Part shown: piece by piece, positions 18,314-27,900 of the stretch | Layout of the letters: each line of letters starts with the position of its first letter | How positions within the stretch are numbered: position 1 is the first letter of the stretch | Origin: Gemmatimonadales bacterium | GTDB taxonomy: Bacteria > Gemmatimonadota > Gemmatimonadetes > Gemmatimonadales > GWC2-71-9 | NCBI GenBank assembly: GCA_035712285.1 | Contig: DASTBA010000104.1 | Coordinates: forward strand, 1 to 55,355 | Length of the DNA: 55,355 bases | Direction: 5' to 3' | Program-made: the position numbers and the translations under genes | Notes under the pieces: model-generated | Seen by the model: the letters and a program-made list of their open reading frames with translations, nothing else | Told to the model about the DNA's origin: nothing | Databases searched by the model: none

Positions 18314-21129
18314 TGGCGGAGTCCCTTCTGCGCCCGGGCCAGCAGTGGCGCGAACGCCGGCTGCGCGTGGCGCCACAGCTGCTGCACGCGGCGGAGGAGC
18401 GCGCAGCCTTCCGGTGCACGCCCCAGGCCGAGCAGCAGCTCGCCCCGTTCGAGACGGGTGAGAACGCTCAGCACCTGGTCCACCTCACCGGCCTGCGGCT
18501 CCTGCCCGGGCCAGCCGCGGAGATCGGAGCTCTCGTACCAGCGGAGACTCGAGTCGGCGGCGAGGCGCAGTCCGAGGCCAAGCTGCCAGCGCGCCCGCAC
18601 CATGTGCAGCACCGAGCGCGCGAAGGGGTCGTGACCAGCGTCATGCATATCAGCCATGAAGAGCGTGTCGGTGGCGGCAAGCGCCGCGTCGGGGTTGTGC
18701 AGGCCGAGAGCGAGGGCACCGAGAATGGCGCCGAGCTCGCCCCCGGGCCCGGGAGCGGTATCGGCGATCATGGTGGCCTGCGCCGCATGCAGCGCCGCGG
18801 TGTCATCGCGGAAATACGCAAGCACGCCAGACACCCACGCGGCCCTGGTGCGAAGCGGCGCGCCGGGGGACATGAACGGCCGGAGCGCCGAATCGGCGAC
18901 GACGACGCTCGCATCATCGCTCAGCGGCAGGCCGAGCGCGGCCGGCAGGAGTCGCCACTCGAGCTGCTGAAACCGCATCTCGTCGGTATCGAACAGCGCC
19001 GCGGCCGAATCGAGCGCCGGAAATCCGTCACCGGGCTCGCCGAGCGCGAAGCTGGCCATGGCCTGCGCCACGAACGCGGTGGGGTGGTACACCGGGTCGC
19101 GGGCCCGCACCACCGCCAGCGCGAGCTGTCGCTGGAATGCCGGGATGTCGAAGGTGCCGCCAAGGCGGAGATAGGGCGCCAGCTCCCGCGGGTTGGCGCC
19201 GTACTTCCGCGCGGCGAGGTAGCGCATCACAGTGGCCTTGACACCGCCGAATCGCACCGTGCGCGCGAGGTCATACAGCCGGCCAAGGGTGTCGGGCCCT
19301 GTGCCGTGCGCAGCGCGAAGGGCGGCCCGGCGCTGCCACATGGCCCTGGCGGCGGCTTCGTCGCCGAGATGGGTGTAGCCCCACAGCAGGTGATCGTAGA
19401 TCGCCACCTGGTTGAGGTAGGGATCGATGCCGGCCCGTGCGCGCATGCTGTCGAGCGTGGCCTGCAGCGGAATACCGATCAGCGGCCCGCGGTGCAGCTG
19501 TTCGTCGAACAGCAGGAGCCGCGCGCGGCCGTTCGCCGGATAGGAGTCCGCCAGCGCGGCGAGCATCGCCTCGCGCCGCTTGAGGTTCGGTACACTCATG
19601 GTGGCGAGCAGGGGCGCATACGGGTGCGGCAGCCGTGCGAGCAGCTCGGGATTGATCGGCGGAACCTCGGTGCGCCGCCAGATCGCGAGCAGTTGCTGCT
19701 CCCACGCCGCCCGGCTGAAGTCGGGGTCCCGCTCGAGCGCCAGCGTGTACAGGCTCTCGGCCGCGCTCCAGTCATCTGCCGAGAAGGCCGAGAGCCCGTC
19801 CACCAGCGCCCGCATCGCGGCGAAGTCATCGCCGCCGCCCTGTGAGAGTTCCCGGAATTCCTGCAGGTACTGCGGAGCGGCACGACGGACCACCGTGTCG
19901 GCCACGGCCCGCGCCCAGTCCACCAGATGGGCCGAGTCGCCGGGAATGCGAGGGGTGGCAAGGGTGCGGCCGGCGGAGTCGCGGATCCAGAGCAGCACGG
20001 TGTCGCGGCCTGACCCGCGCAGGACCTGGCCGCCGACGACAAGCCGCGCACGCACGCGGCGCAGCGCGAGACCGTCCGCTGCCGCGCCGGCCGAGTCCCA
20101 CCAGGCAAGCACCTCGGCGAAGGGACGGAAGCTCCAGCGCGGATACCACTCCAGCTGCGCCGCGGCAAACTGCGCCAGGGAGCGGCCGGTGCCGCCCGCC
20201 GACTGGAACGGTACGAGGGCGAGGTCGCTTTCCGGCACCGGCGCCGCCGGCATGGGCGAGGGGGCGAGCATCGCCCGCGCACCGGCCGCCAGCAGGATCA
20301 GCAGTGCGGCCGGCACGACCCAGCGGAGCCGGCTCCTTGGTTCGGGCCGCGCGGCCTCGAGCATGGCGGCGGCATCGGGCCAGCGCTCCTCGGGCTGGAG
20401 CATGAGCGCACGCTGCAGTGCCGGTTCGAGCCAGTCCGGTACACCGCGCCAGTCGGCGCGGAGCGGATCACCGACCATGGGCCAGTGTCGCCCCGTGGCG
20501 GCCTCGTACAGCACCAGGCCTGCCGCGTAGAGATCGGCTGCCGGACCGACGGGAGTGCCCGCCAGTTGCTCCGGTGCCATGTACGCGAGCGTACCGGGCT
20601 GGGCGCCATCCCCCGTGATGCGATCCTCGCCGGATGCCTCCAGCACATGCGCGATGCCGAAATCGCCCAGCAGGTAGCGGTCGTTCAGGCAGAAGATGTT
20701 GGAGGGCTTGATGTCGCGATGCACCACCCCGCCGGCATGCGCGTACACCAGCGCCGAGAGGAGATCGTGCACGAGGCGTTCGAGTCGCGCGGGCGGGAGC
20801 GGCCCGCGCTCCAGCTCGCGCGCCAGCGTCTCGCCGGGCGCGAAGTCCATGACGTAGTACATGAGCCCGTCACCACCCTCGGGTTCGGCGTCATGGATGG
20901 CCAGAATATTCGGGTGATTCAGGCTGGCGAGGGTTCGCTGCTCACGTCGGAATCGTTCGATGCTGCGCGCGGTGGCCAGCTCGGGACGGAGCACCTTGAC
21001 GGCCACCGTTCGATCCAGCCGCAGGTCCCGCACCCGGTACACGCTGCCCGTACCACCGGACCCGATCTCGGCCTCGATGGCATAGCGCGGCGCCAGCGCC
21101 GCGGCGACCCGCTCGCGCAGTGTACCCAT
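18304..21129 (-). CDS. Hanks-type Ser/Thr protein kinase with TM helix and TPR-like C-terminal region
   Basis: IGSGGTGSVY, VAVKVL, HRDIKPSN, DFG, GTLAYMAPEQ, DLYAAG all intact; TM WVVPAALLILLAAGARAML; helical repeats (AESLYTLALERDPDF); start 21129 or 21144. Confidence 0.93.
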   Translation of the reverse strand: MGTLRERVAAALAPRYAIEAEIGSGGTGSVYRVRDLRLDRTVAVKVLRPELATARSIERFRREQRTLASLNHPNILAIHDAEPEGGDGLMYYVMDFAPGETLARELERGPLPPARLERLVHDLLSALVYAHAGGVVHRDIKPSNIFCLNDRYLLGDFGIAHVLEASGEDRITGDGAQPGTLAYMAPEQLAGTPVGPAADLYAAGLVLYEAATGRHWPMVGDPLRADWRGVPDWLEPALQRALMLQPEERWPDAAAMLEAARPEPRSRLRWVVPAALLILLAAGARAMLAPSPMPAAPVPESDLALVPFQSAGGTGRSLAQFAAAQLEWYPRWSFRPFAEVLAWWDSAGAAADGLALRRVRARLVVGGQVLRGSGRDTVLLWIRDSAGRTLATPRIPGDSAHLVDWARAVADTVVRRAAPQYLQEFRELSQGGGDDFAAMRALVDGLSAFSADDWSAAESLYTLALERDPDFSRAAWEQQLLAIWRRTEVPPINPELLARLPHPYAPLLATMSVPNLKRREAMLAALADSYPANGRARLLLFDEQLHRGPLIGIPLQATLDSMRARAGIDPYLNQVAIYDHLLWGYTHLGDEAAARAMWQRRAALRAAHGTGPDTLGRLYDLARTVRFGGVKATVMRYLAARKYGANPRELAPYLRLGGTFDIPAFQRQLALAVVRARDPVYHPTAFVAQAMASFALGEPGDGFPALDSAAALFDTDEMRFQQLEWRLLPAALGLPLSDDASVVVADSALRPFMSPGAPLRTRAAWVSGVLAYFRDDTAALHAAQATMIADTAPGPGGELGAILGALALGLHNPDAALAATDTLFMADMHDAGHDPFARSVLHMVRARWQLGLGLRLAADSSLRWYESSDLRGWPGQEPQAGEVDQVLSVLTRLERGELLLGLGRAPEGCALLRRVQQLWRHAQPAFAPLLARAQKGLRQCR

Positions 21130-21147
21130 ATCCGGGAAGGTCATCCT

Positions 21148-21153
21148 AAGATA
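21148..21153 (-). promoter_or_regulatory. -10 element TATCTT upstream of the kinase gene
   Basis: Same hexamer as at 2043 and 7577; no good -35. Confidence 0.35.
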
Positions 21154-21270
21154 CGCCGCGCGGCCGGGCGCGCCACACCGGCGGAATGCGATCTCCGTCA
21201 CAGCCGCAGGAGGCATACCCGTGCATGTTCCGCCGGAAGGCCCAGATTCGCTGACGCACAGGGAGGCAGC

Positions 21271-21945
21271 ATGCTGGTACAACGGGCGCGGCGCAGTGCA
21301 CTGCTCATCGCGGCGATCGGCATCGCCACGGCGGGATGCTACAGGAATGCCCAGCGTGGCGCGGTGATCGGCGCCGCCGGCGGCGCGGTGGTGGGCGGGG
21401 CCATCGGCGCGGCATCAGGGTCCACCGCCAAGGGCGTCATCATCGGTGCCGCGGTCGGCGGAGCCGCGGGCGCCATCATCGGCGACCAGATGGACCGCCG
21501 GGCCCGCGAGCTGGAACAGAACATTCCCGGCGCCAAGGTGGAGCGCGTCGGCGAGGGCATCCTGGTGACCTTCGACTCCGGCATTCTCTTCGGCTTCGAC
21601 TCGACCGCCATCCAGCCCGCGGGACGCGAGAATCTCCGGACCCTCGCCGGGAACCTGGACAAATATCCCGACACCGACCTGCTGATCGTGGGGCATACCG
21701 ACAGTGTGGGGAGCGATGCGTACAACCAGCGACTCTCCGAGCGGCGGGCGAGTGCGGCCTCGGCCTATCTCGCATCCCAGGGCGTCGCCTCCGGCCGCCT
21801 CTCGACCGTGGGCCGGGGGGAGACCGAGCCGGTGCAGTCGAACGATACCGAGGCGGGACGCCAGCAGAACCGGCGGGTGGAAGTGGCGATCTACGCGAGC
21901 GACAAGCTGAAGGCAGAAGCGAAGAAGCAGGCGGCGGGCGGCTGA
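21271..21945 (+). CDS. OmpA family lipoprotein with glycine zipper
   Basis: SD GGAGG then ATG 21271; lipobox TAGC; GAVIGAAGGAVVGG zipper; OmpA_C motifs GHTDSVG, NQRLSERRA, NRRVE. Confidence 0.95.
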   Translation: MLVQRARRSALLIAAIGIATAGCYRNAQRGAVIGAAGGAVVGGAIGAASGSTAKGVIIGAAVGGAAGAIIGDQMDRRARELEQNIPGAKVERVGEGILVTFDSGILFGFDSTAIQPAGRENLRTLAGNLDKYPDTDLLIVGHTDSVGSDAYNQRLSERRASAASAYLASQGVASGRLSTVGRGETEPVQSNDTEAGRQQNRRVEVAIYASDKLKAEAKKQAAGG

Positions 21946-21954
21946 CGCCCGCCG
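21932..21954. terminator. GC hairpin between convergent ompA and deaminase genes
   Basis: CGGCGGGCG-gctga-CGCCCGCCG 9-bp stem; no U tract. Confidence 0.35.
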
Positions 21955-21957
21955 GAA

Positions 21958-22875
21958 TCACGAGGGAGCGCGGGCGGTCAGCCGAGGGCGGGCCGCCAGC
22001 GCGCGCTCGATGGTGGCCATGGCGACTGCACGTTCGTCGCCGGACAAGGCCAGGCGCGGCGCCCGCACCCGCTCGCTTCCCCGCCCCACCTCGGCCTGCA
22101 CCAGCTTGATCAGCTGCACGAACTTCGGCACGGTGTCGAGCCGAAGGAGCGGCAGGAACCAGCGATAGAGGGCTTCCGCCTCTGCCGTCCTCCCCGCGCG
22201 TGCCGCGTCGAAGAGCCGCACCGATTCCTCGGGCAGCGCATTCACGAGCCCCGCGACCCAGCCGCTCGCACCCATCGCACACGCCTCGACGATCATGTCA
22301 TCGAGCCCGGCGAACACCGCCAGCTGATCGCCCAGCCGGGCGCGCACCGCGGTCACCCGCCGCACGTCACCGCTCGACTCCTTCACCGCCTGGACCTGCG
22401 GGTGCCGCCCCGCCAGCCGGGCGATGTCGTCTGCCAGCAGGTCGGTGCCGTAGGCGATCGGATTGTTGTAAAGCATGGCCGGCAGGGATGTGGCATCGAG
22501 CACCGCGCCGAAGTGGGCATCGGTCTCGCGGCTGTCGCCGGGATAGACGTACGGAGGCAGCACCATCACCCCGCGGGCGCCGGCCCGCTCCGCCGCGCGC
22601 GCCAGGGCCACGCAGTCGGCGGTGGACAGCCCGCTGATCCCGGGCACGACCGGACGATCGCTCGCCGCCTCCACGCACAACTCGATGATCCGGACTTTCT
22701 CGGCGAAGGTCAGGGTCGCGCCCTCGCCCAGCGAACCGAGCGGCACGATACCACGACAGCCGGCGCCCAGCAGCCAGCGCACGTGGCGGGAGACATGCTC
22801 CTCGTCCACGGCGCCGGTTTCGGTGAATTCGGTGGTGATGGCCGGGAAGACGCCGTGCCAGTCCGCGCGCTGCAT
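21958..22875 (-). CDS. lhpC: DHDPS-family protein, probable delta1-pyrroline-4-hydroxy-2-carboxylate deaminase
   Basis: GSLGE, MLYNNP, Schiff-base Lys in AVKESSGD; last gene of the hydroxyproline operon. Confidence 0.8.
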   Translation of the reverse strand: MQRADWHGVFPAITTEFTETGAVDEEHVSRHVRWLLGAGCRGIVPLGSLGEGATLTFAEKVRIIELCVEAASDRPVVPGISGLSTADCVALARAAERAGARGVMVLPPYVYPGDSRETDAHFGAVLDATSLPAMLYNNPIAYGTDLLADDIARLAGRHPQVQAVKESSGDVRRVTAVRARLGDQLAVFAGLDDMIVEACAMGASGWVAGLVNALPEESVRLFDAARAGRTAEAEALYRWFLPLLRLDTVPKFVQLIKLVQAEVGRGSERVRAPRLALSGDERAVAMATIERALAARPRLTARAPS

Positions 22876-22878
22876 GAG

Positions 22879-24153
22879 TCAGGAGCCTTTCATTGAAGGA
22901 ACTGCACGGCACTGGTCACGCAGTACCTGCACCGTCACAGGAAATGCCGGCGGGCGCCGGGTATCACCCGACGGCCCCCGGAGGAATGTGATGGCCGCGC
23001 CACAGATCCGCCCCTGGCACGAGCCCATGCCGGCGCGCGTCATGAGCTTCGCGTGGCGGAGTGAATCACCGGCCTCGATCGAGCCGAGCGTCACGTCCTC
23101 GCAGCGGCAGATGATCGTGTCCGCATCGGGCAGCAGGCGCAGGTCGTCCCTGAGCGCGAAGGTCTCCTCGAGCGACCAGGAGAACTTTCGCGCCCGGTCG
23201 CGCGCCGCAATGACCGCCGACGCCGTGCGGCTGCCCCGTGCCGCCGTGATGCCCGCGACCGTTCCCTCGAGGATCGCGGCATCCGCGCCCCCGATTCCGG
23301 TGACCTCTCCGGCCGCGAAGACTCCGGACACACTCGTTTCCTGACAGGCGTTGACCACCGCCGCCCCGCCATCCGTGCGGCAGCCGGCCAGCTCGGCGAG
23401 TTCGGTGGAGGGCACGAGACCGTAGCCAGTGGCCACGAGATCGGCTGCCACGGTGCGCGTTCCGGCGGCGGTCCTGATCTCCACGCGGAGTGCACCGGCA
23501 TCCTGGATCACGCGTGCCACCCATGCATCCGTCAGGTATGGAGTCCGCCGGGTGGCGAGGCGATACCGGGCGGCGTCGCGCAGCTTTCCCGGTGACTGCC
23601 AGAGCCCGGCGGCAAACCGCCGCACCCGCGCACGTGAAGCCTGTTCCGCAATCAGGACGACGCTCGCGCCGGCTCGCGCCGCCGTGGCTGCCACCGGGAG
23701 CAGCAGCGGCCCGCTCCCCGCCACCGCGATGCGGAACCCACGAACGTCTGCGCCGCCCTTGATGAGCGCCTGCAATCCGCCGACGCCAAGCACTCCCGGA
23801 AGCGTCCAGCCGGGAAACGGCAGATATCGCTCGCGCGCGCCGGTGGCAAGGATGATGGCACCCGTCCGCAACAAGCGGCCCCTGCCGCCCTGGGTGATGG
23901 CCACGAGCCCGGGCTTCACGTCGGTCACCGTGGACTCGGGCAGAAACGTGGCCGGCGAGGCAGCGAACCGGGCGAGCCAGCGACGGGCCGTGGACGGAAG
24001 ATCCGAAGAATCGCGATGCCGCCAGATCTGGCCGCCGGCGTGCGGGGCTGCATCGAGCAGGAGCACCCGGGCCGACGCCGATGCATGACACGCCGCCGCG
24101 ATGCCCGCGGGACCGGCGCCGATCACGATCACGTCCGCGTCCCGCTCAGCCAT
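22879..24153 (-). CDS. lhpE: D-hydroxyproline dehydrogenase alpha subunit (FAD/NAD oxidoreductase with BFD-like 2Fe-2S tail)
   Basis: VIGAGPAG, ATGARERYLPFPGWTLPGV, ICRCEDVT, RAGMGSCQGRICG; operon context. Confidence 0.8.
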   Translation of the reverse strand: MAERDADVIVIGAGPAGIAAACHASASARVLLLDAAPHAGGQIWRHRDSSDLPSTARRWLARFAASPATFLPESTVTDVKPGLVAITQGGRGRLLRTGAIILATGARERYLPFPGWTLPGVLGVGGLQALIKGGADVRGFRIAVAGSGPLLLPVAATAARAGASVVLIAEQASRARVRRFAAGLWQSPGKLRDAARYRLATRRTPYLTDAWVARVIQDAGALRVEIRTAAGTRTVAADLVATGYGLVPSTELAELAGCRTDGGAAVVNACQETSVSGVFAAGEVTGIGGADAAILEGTVAGITAARGSRTASAVIAARDRARKFSWSLEETFALRDDLRLLPDADTIICRCEDVTLGSIEAGDSLRHAKLMTRAGMGSCQGRICGAAITFLRGPSGDTRRPPAFPVTVQVLRDQCRAVPSMKGS

Positions 24154-24394
24154 CGGTTTCGACTCGCATGCCGGCCGCAACCCGCGTCATGCAGGCGCGG
24201 CGGTCAGGAGCGCCATTCACAGTCACGCGGCACTCGAAGCAGATACCCATGCCACAGAGGGGACCGCGCAGTGTGGCGTCCCCGGACCGGCGATAGCCAA
24301 GCCGCCGAAGTCCAAGCAGCACGGCGGCCACGGTCGTGCCGGCATCGGCGTGGACGGTCGCTCCGTTGACGGTGATGGTGACGGGATCAGCCAT
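24146..24394 (-). CDS. lhpF: D-hydroxyproline dehydrogenase gamma subunit (2Fe-2S protein)
   Basis: ITVNG...GTTVAA, LCGMGICFEC...RAC 2Fe-2S motif; 82 aa; overlaps both neighbours by 8 nt. Confidence 0.82.
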   Translation of the reverse strand: MADPVTITVNGATVHADAGTTVAAVLLGLRRLGYRRSGDATLRGPLCGMGICFECRVTVNGAPDRRACMTRVAAGMRVETDG

Positions 24395-25514
24395 GGGGCT
24401 CTGCCACCGGGATGAGGCGATCGGGGCGATACGGAGCCGCATCGAGCGGCAGCTCCCGGCCCAGCATCTGCGCCTCGACCAGCGCCGCCGTCCCGAGCGC
24501 CGTGGTGATGCCCAGGCCTTCGTGGCCAGCGGCCACCCAGACGTTGCCGAGCCCGGGCCATGGGCCGATCATCGGCAGCTTGTCGGCGGTGGCAGGCCGG
24601 AAGCCGGTCCACACCCGCAGCACCTCCAAACTGTCCAGCCTCGGCACGAAGGCGATGGCCCGGTCCAGCATCTGGCCCAGCACCACATAGTTGACCGCGG
24701 GATCACGGCCCACGAGCTCGCGCGAGGAGCCGATCAGCAACTGACCGGTCTGGCGGGGCTGCACGTTGAATGCGACGGAGGCCGCGGACATCGTGTGCGC
24801 ACTCTGGAGATAGCCCAGCTCCACCAGCTGATGCCGCACGAAGCCGGGGCGCCGTGCGGTGACCGCGAGGTGCCCCTTGCGCGGCACGATGGCGAGGCCG
24901 GGCAGGAGCTCGGCACTGTCCACCCCCGCGGCCACAAGGACCCGGCCCGCTGCCACGCGGCCCCCCGCGGTCTCGACACCGTCGGCGCCAATGGCGGTGA
25001 CAGGCAGGTGAAGCCGGAGCTCGGCCCCGGCGCGACGCGCTTCCTCGAGGCACCATCGGGTCAACTGCGGCTGGTAGAGCACGCCGTCATCCGGCACCAG
25101 AAGCGCGCCCGCGAGCCCGGGGCGCAGCGCCGGTTCCGCTTCGTGGAGCGCGTCGTCGTCGAGCAGCTCGGTCGGGATCCCCTGTCCGGCAAACAGGGCC
25201 TGCTTCCGCCGCGCCTCGGCGAGTTCTTCCTCATTCGTGGCGATCCAGAGCGTGCCGCACCACTCGAGTTCCACCGCCCGAGGAAGCCGGTCAGCGAGCG
25301 CATGCAGCAGCGAGCGGGACAGTACCGTGAGTGCCAGCTGGGCCGGGGAGTCGTCCATCGCGACGATGTGTCCCATGCCGGCCGCGGTGGCGCCACCCGC
25401 CGGCGACGAGGCATCCAGCACGACGACGCGGAGCCCCGCCTGCGCGAGTCGCATGGCGCACGCGGCGCCGACCACGCCGGCACCGATGATCGCCACATCG
25501 GGCAATGCGCTCAC
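24387..25514 (-). CDS. lhpB: D-hydroxyproline dehydrogenase beta subunit (DAO-family FAD oxidoreductase)
   Basis: AIIGAGVVG, GATAAGMGH, PRKGHL, WTGFRPATADKLPMIG, GHEGLGIT; GTG start overlaps the upstream TGA. Confidence 0.82.
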   Translation of the reverse strand: MSALPDVAIIGAGVVGAACAMRLAQAGLRVVVLDASSPAGGATAAGMGHIVAMDDSPAQLALTVLSRSLLHALADRLPRAVELEWCGTLWIATNEEELAEARRKQALFAGQGIPTELLDDDALHEAEPALRPGLAGALLVPDDGVLYQPQLTRWCLEEARRAGAELRLHLPVTAIGADGVETAGGRVAAGRVLVAAGVDSAELLPGLAIVPRKGHLAVTARRPGFVRHQLVELGYLQSAHTMSAASVAFNVQPRQTGQLLIGSSRELVGRDPAVNYVVLGQMLDRAIAFVPRLDSLEVLRVWTGFRPATADKLPMIGPWPGLGNVWVAAGHEGLGITTALGTAALVEAQMLGRELPLDAAPYRPDRLIPVAEPHG

Positions 25515-26464
25515 CGGGCGACGGTGAACCCGGCCCGGAACGGGTCCGACGGATCGAACACCAGCGCGCCCTCGCCGGTGACCCAGGCACGGCCCTGGAT
25601 GAACGGGGTGAGTGCATCCTCCCGCGATTCGAGCCAGCCGGTGAAGAGACTGCCGGTGATGCTCTCCTGGCGCCATCGCGCACCTGGCGCGAGCATGCCG
25701 CGTGCGTGGAGGACCGCCATCCGCGCGGACGTGCCGGTGCCGCAGGGCGAGCGATCATACGCCCCGCCGGGACAGAGCACGAAATTCCGGCTGTCGGCGT
25801 CGTCCCGCGCCGGCGGCCCGGAGAACTCGACATGATCGATCGCCGCGCCGTCCGCGCCGGTCACGCCGGCGTCACGGAGCGCCGTCATGATGGCGACAGC
25901 CCGCCGCGTGAGCGGCTCGACGTCGTCGAGCCGCAGCATCTCGTCGGTGTGCACGATGAAGAACCAGTTCCCGCCGTACGCCACGTCGCCGGTGATGTCG
26001 CCCACACCAGGCACCGGCACGGTGCGGTCCAGTGCATGGCACCGCGCCGGGACATTGCGCATGGTGACCAGCCCGTCAGGCGCGAGGTGGGCCTCCACCT
26101 GCCCCACCGGCGTGTCCAGGCGCACGGTGCCCGGCGCAAGGCGGCCCAGGTGCTGGAGTGTCCGCACGACACCGATGGTGCCGTGCCCGCACATGCCGAG
26201 ACAGTCCACATTGTTGAAGAAGATGACGCCGGCGTGGGAATCGCTCCGCTCGGGCGGGGTGAGCACCGCACCCACCACCGCGTCATGCCCCCTCGGCTCG
26301 CAGACCACCGCCTGCCGGAGGTGGTCCTGCGTGCGCCGCAGGGTGTCGCGGCGCTCGGCCATCGTGGCACCCGCCGGCACGGGCCACCCATCCACGACCA
26401 CGCGCGTCGGCTCGCCCTCGGTGTGCGAATCCACCACACGGATGACGGACGGGAACCGTGTCAT
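25511..26464 (-). CDS. lhpA: 4-hydroxyproline 2-epimerase (proline racemase family)
   Basis: DSHTEGEPTR, GVIFFNNVDCLGMCGHGTIG and DRSPCGTGTSA (Cys/Cys catalytic pair); ATG 26464 overlaps the upstream TGA. Confidence 0.9.
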   Translation of the reverse strand: MTRFPSVIRVVDSHTEGEPTRVVVDGWPVPAGATMAERRDTLRRTQDHLRQAVVCEPRGHDAVVGAVLTPPERSDSHAGVIFFNNVDCLGMCGHGTIGVVRTLQHLGRLAPGTVRLDTPVGQVEAHLAPDGLVTMRNVPARCHALDRTVPVPGVGDITGDVAYGGNWFFIVHTDEMLRLDDVEPLTRRAVAIMTALRDAGVTGADGAAIDHVEFSGPPARDDADSRNFVLCPGGAYDRSPCGTGTSARMAVLHARGMLAPGARWRQESITGSLFTGWLESREDALTPFIQGRAWVTGEGALVFDPSDPFRAGFTVAR

Positions 26465-27900
26465 GCACTCACCTGGACCGTGCGGATCTCGGTATAGAAG
26501 TCGCGTGCCGCACTGCCCTGCTCGCGGCTGCCGGAGCTCGACGCCTTCACGCCGCCGAACGGCGCATGCGGGTCCACGCCGGTGGTGTCGCCGTTGACGC
26601 GCACCAGCCCCGCCTCGATGTGCCGGATGTACTCCATGGCGGCGCCGAGATCGCGCGTGAAGAGCGAGGCACTGAGGCCATAGCGTGTCCGGTTGGCGAT
26701 CGCGATCGCCTCGCCCAGGTCCCGCGCCGTGAAGGCGGCGAGGACCGGCCCGAAGAGCTCGTCCTGGGCGAGCGGCGAGTCGGGCGCCACATCGGCCACG
26801 ATGGCGGGCTCCACGAAGTTGCCGCGGGCAAAGGGCGCGACCGCCGGCACGGTGCCGCCGTGAACCACGCGGCCCTCCACCGCGGCGAGCGCCGTGGTGA
26901 CGCGGTCGCGCGCGTCCATCGAGATCAGCGGACCCACGGCCGATGCCGCATCGGTCACGGGACCGAGAGGCAGCTTCCGGACCTCGGCGGTAAGCCGATC
27001 GAGCAACGCGCCTGCCACCGACTCCTGTACCACGACCCGGCTGGTCGCGGTGCACTTCTGGCCGGCGTAGCGCATGGCGCCGGCGGCGGTGAGCCGGGCA
27101 GCGAGGTCGAGGTCGGCGTCGGGCAGGACGATGGCCACGTTCTTGCCGCCCATCTCGGTCTGGAAGCGGATGTTGCGCGCGGCGCAGGCGGCCGCGACCT
27201 TCGCGCCCACGCCGGTCGAGCCGGTGAAGCTCACGGCACGCACGTCGGCGGCCTCCAGCAGCGCCGTGCCGACCGTGTTCCCGAAGCCGAGCACCACGTT
27301 GAACACCCCCGGCGGCAGCCCCGCCGTGACGGCGGTGCGCGCCAGCAGCACGGCGGTCTGCGATGCACGCTCTGCCGGCTTCAGCACGACGGTATTGCCG
27401 AACGCCAGGGCCGGGGCGGCCTTCCACAGCGGGATGGCCGCGGGAAAGTTCCATGGGGTGATGAGGGCGCATACCCCCAGCGGATCGCGCAGGGTGAACT
27501 GCAGCGTCTTCACCGCCTGGGCGGGCACGACCTCACCCACCGCCCGGACGGCCTCACCGGCGTAGTAGCGCAGGATGACGCCACAGCGCGCGATCTCGCC
27601 GCGGGCCTCGCCGATGGGCTTGCCGACCTCGCGCGCCAGCGCCTGCGCGAGCGATTCGCGCTCGTCATCCACCGCCGAGGCCCAGCGGTAGAGATGCTCC
27701 GCCCGTGCCGGCCCGGGAAGCGTCCGCCAGGCATCGAACGCCGCGCGTGCCGACGTCACGGCGGCGCGCACGTCGTCCGGCGAACCTTCCGGCACGCTCC
27801 CGATCAGGTCATCGCGGTCCGAAGGGTTCGAAAGCGCCAGTGGGGAATCCGCCGTGCCGCGCACGAATGCGCCGTTCACGAAGTTCTCGAGCAGGGTCAT
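26461..27900 (-). CDS. Aldehyde dehydrogenase, probable alpha-ketoglutaric semialdehyde dehydrogenase
   Basis: ITPWNFP, LKPAE, FTGS, EMGGKN, GQKCTATSR (catalytic Cys), ELFGP; operon context. Confidence 0.88.
   Translation of the reverse strand: MTLLENFVNGAFVRGTADSPLALSNPSDRDDLIGSVPEGSPDDVRAAVTSARAAFDAWRTLPGPARAEHLYRWASAVDDERESLAQALAREVGKPIGEARGEIARCGVILRYYAGEAVRAVGEVVPAQAVKTLQFTLRDPLGVCALITPWNFPAAIPLWKAAPALAFGNTVVLKPAERASQTAVLLARTAVTAGLPPGVFNVVLGFGNTVGTALLEAADVRAVSFTGSTGVGAKVAAACAARNIRFQTEMGGKNVAIVLPDADLDLAARLTAAGAMRYAGQKCTATSRVVVQESVAGALLDRLTAEVRKLPLGPVTDAASAVGPLISMDARDRVTTALAAVEGRVVHGGTVPAVAPFARGNFVEPAIVADVAPDSPLAQDELFGPVLAAFTARDLGEAIAIANRTRYGLSASLFTRDLGAAMEYIRHIEAGLVRVNGDTTGVDPHAPFGGVKASSSGSREQGSAARDFYTEIRTVQVSA

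Noticed and set aside
21958-22875. dapA (lysine biosynthesis)
   Set aside because: DHDPS fold, but located in a catabolic operon with no dap genes nearby.
22879-25514. hcnABC (HCN synthase) or opine oxidase interpretation of the three flavin/FeS genes
   Set aside because: These families are homologous, but the flanking epimerase, deaminase, ALDH and prolidase point to D-hydroxyproline dehydrogenase.
25511-26464. Proline racemase of the Stickland type
   Set aside because: The FFNN-x-x-x-LGMCGHGTIG context and neighbours fit the hydroxyproline epimerase branch; no prd genes present.
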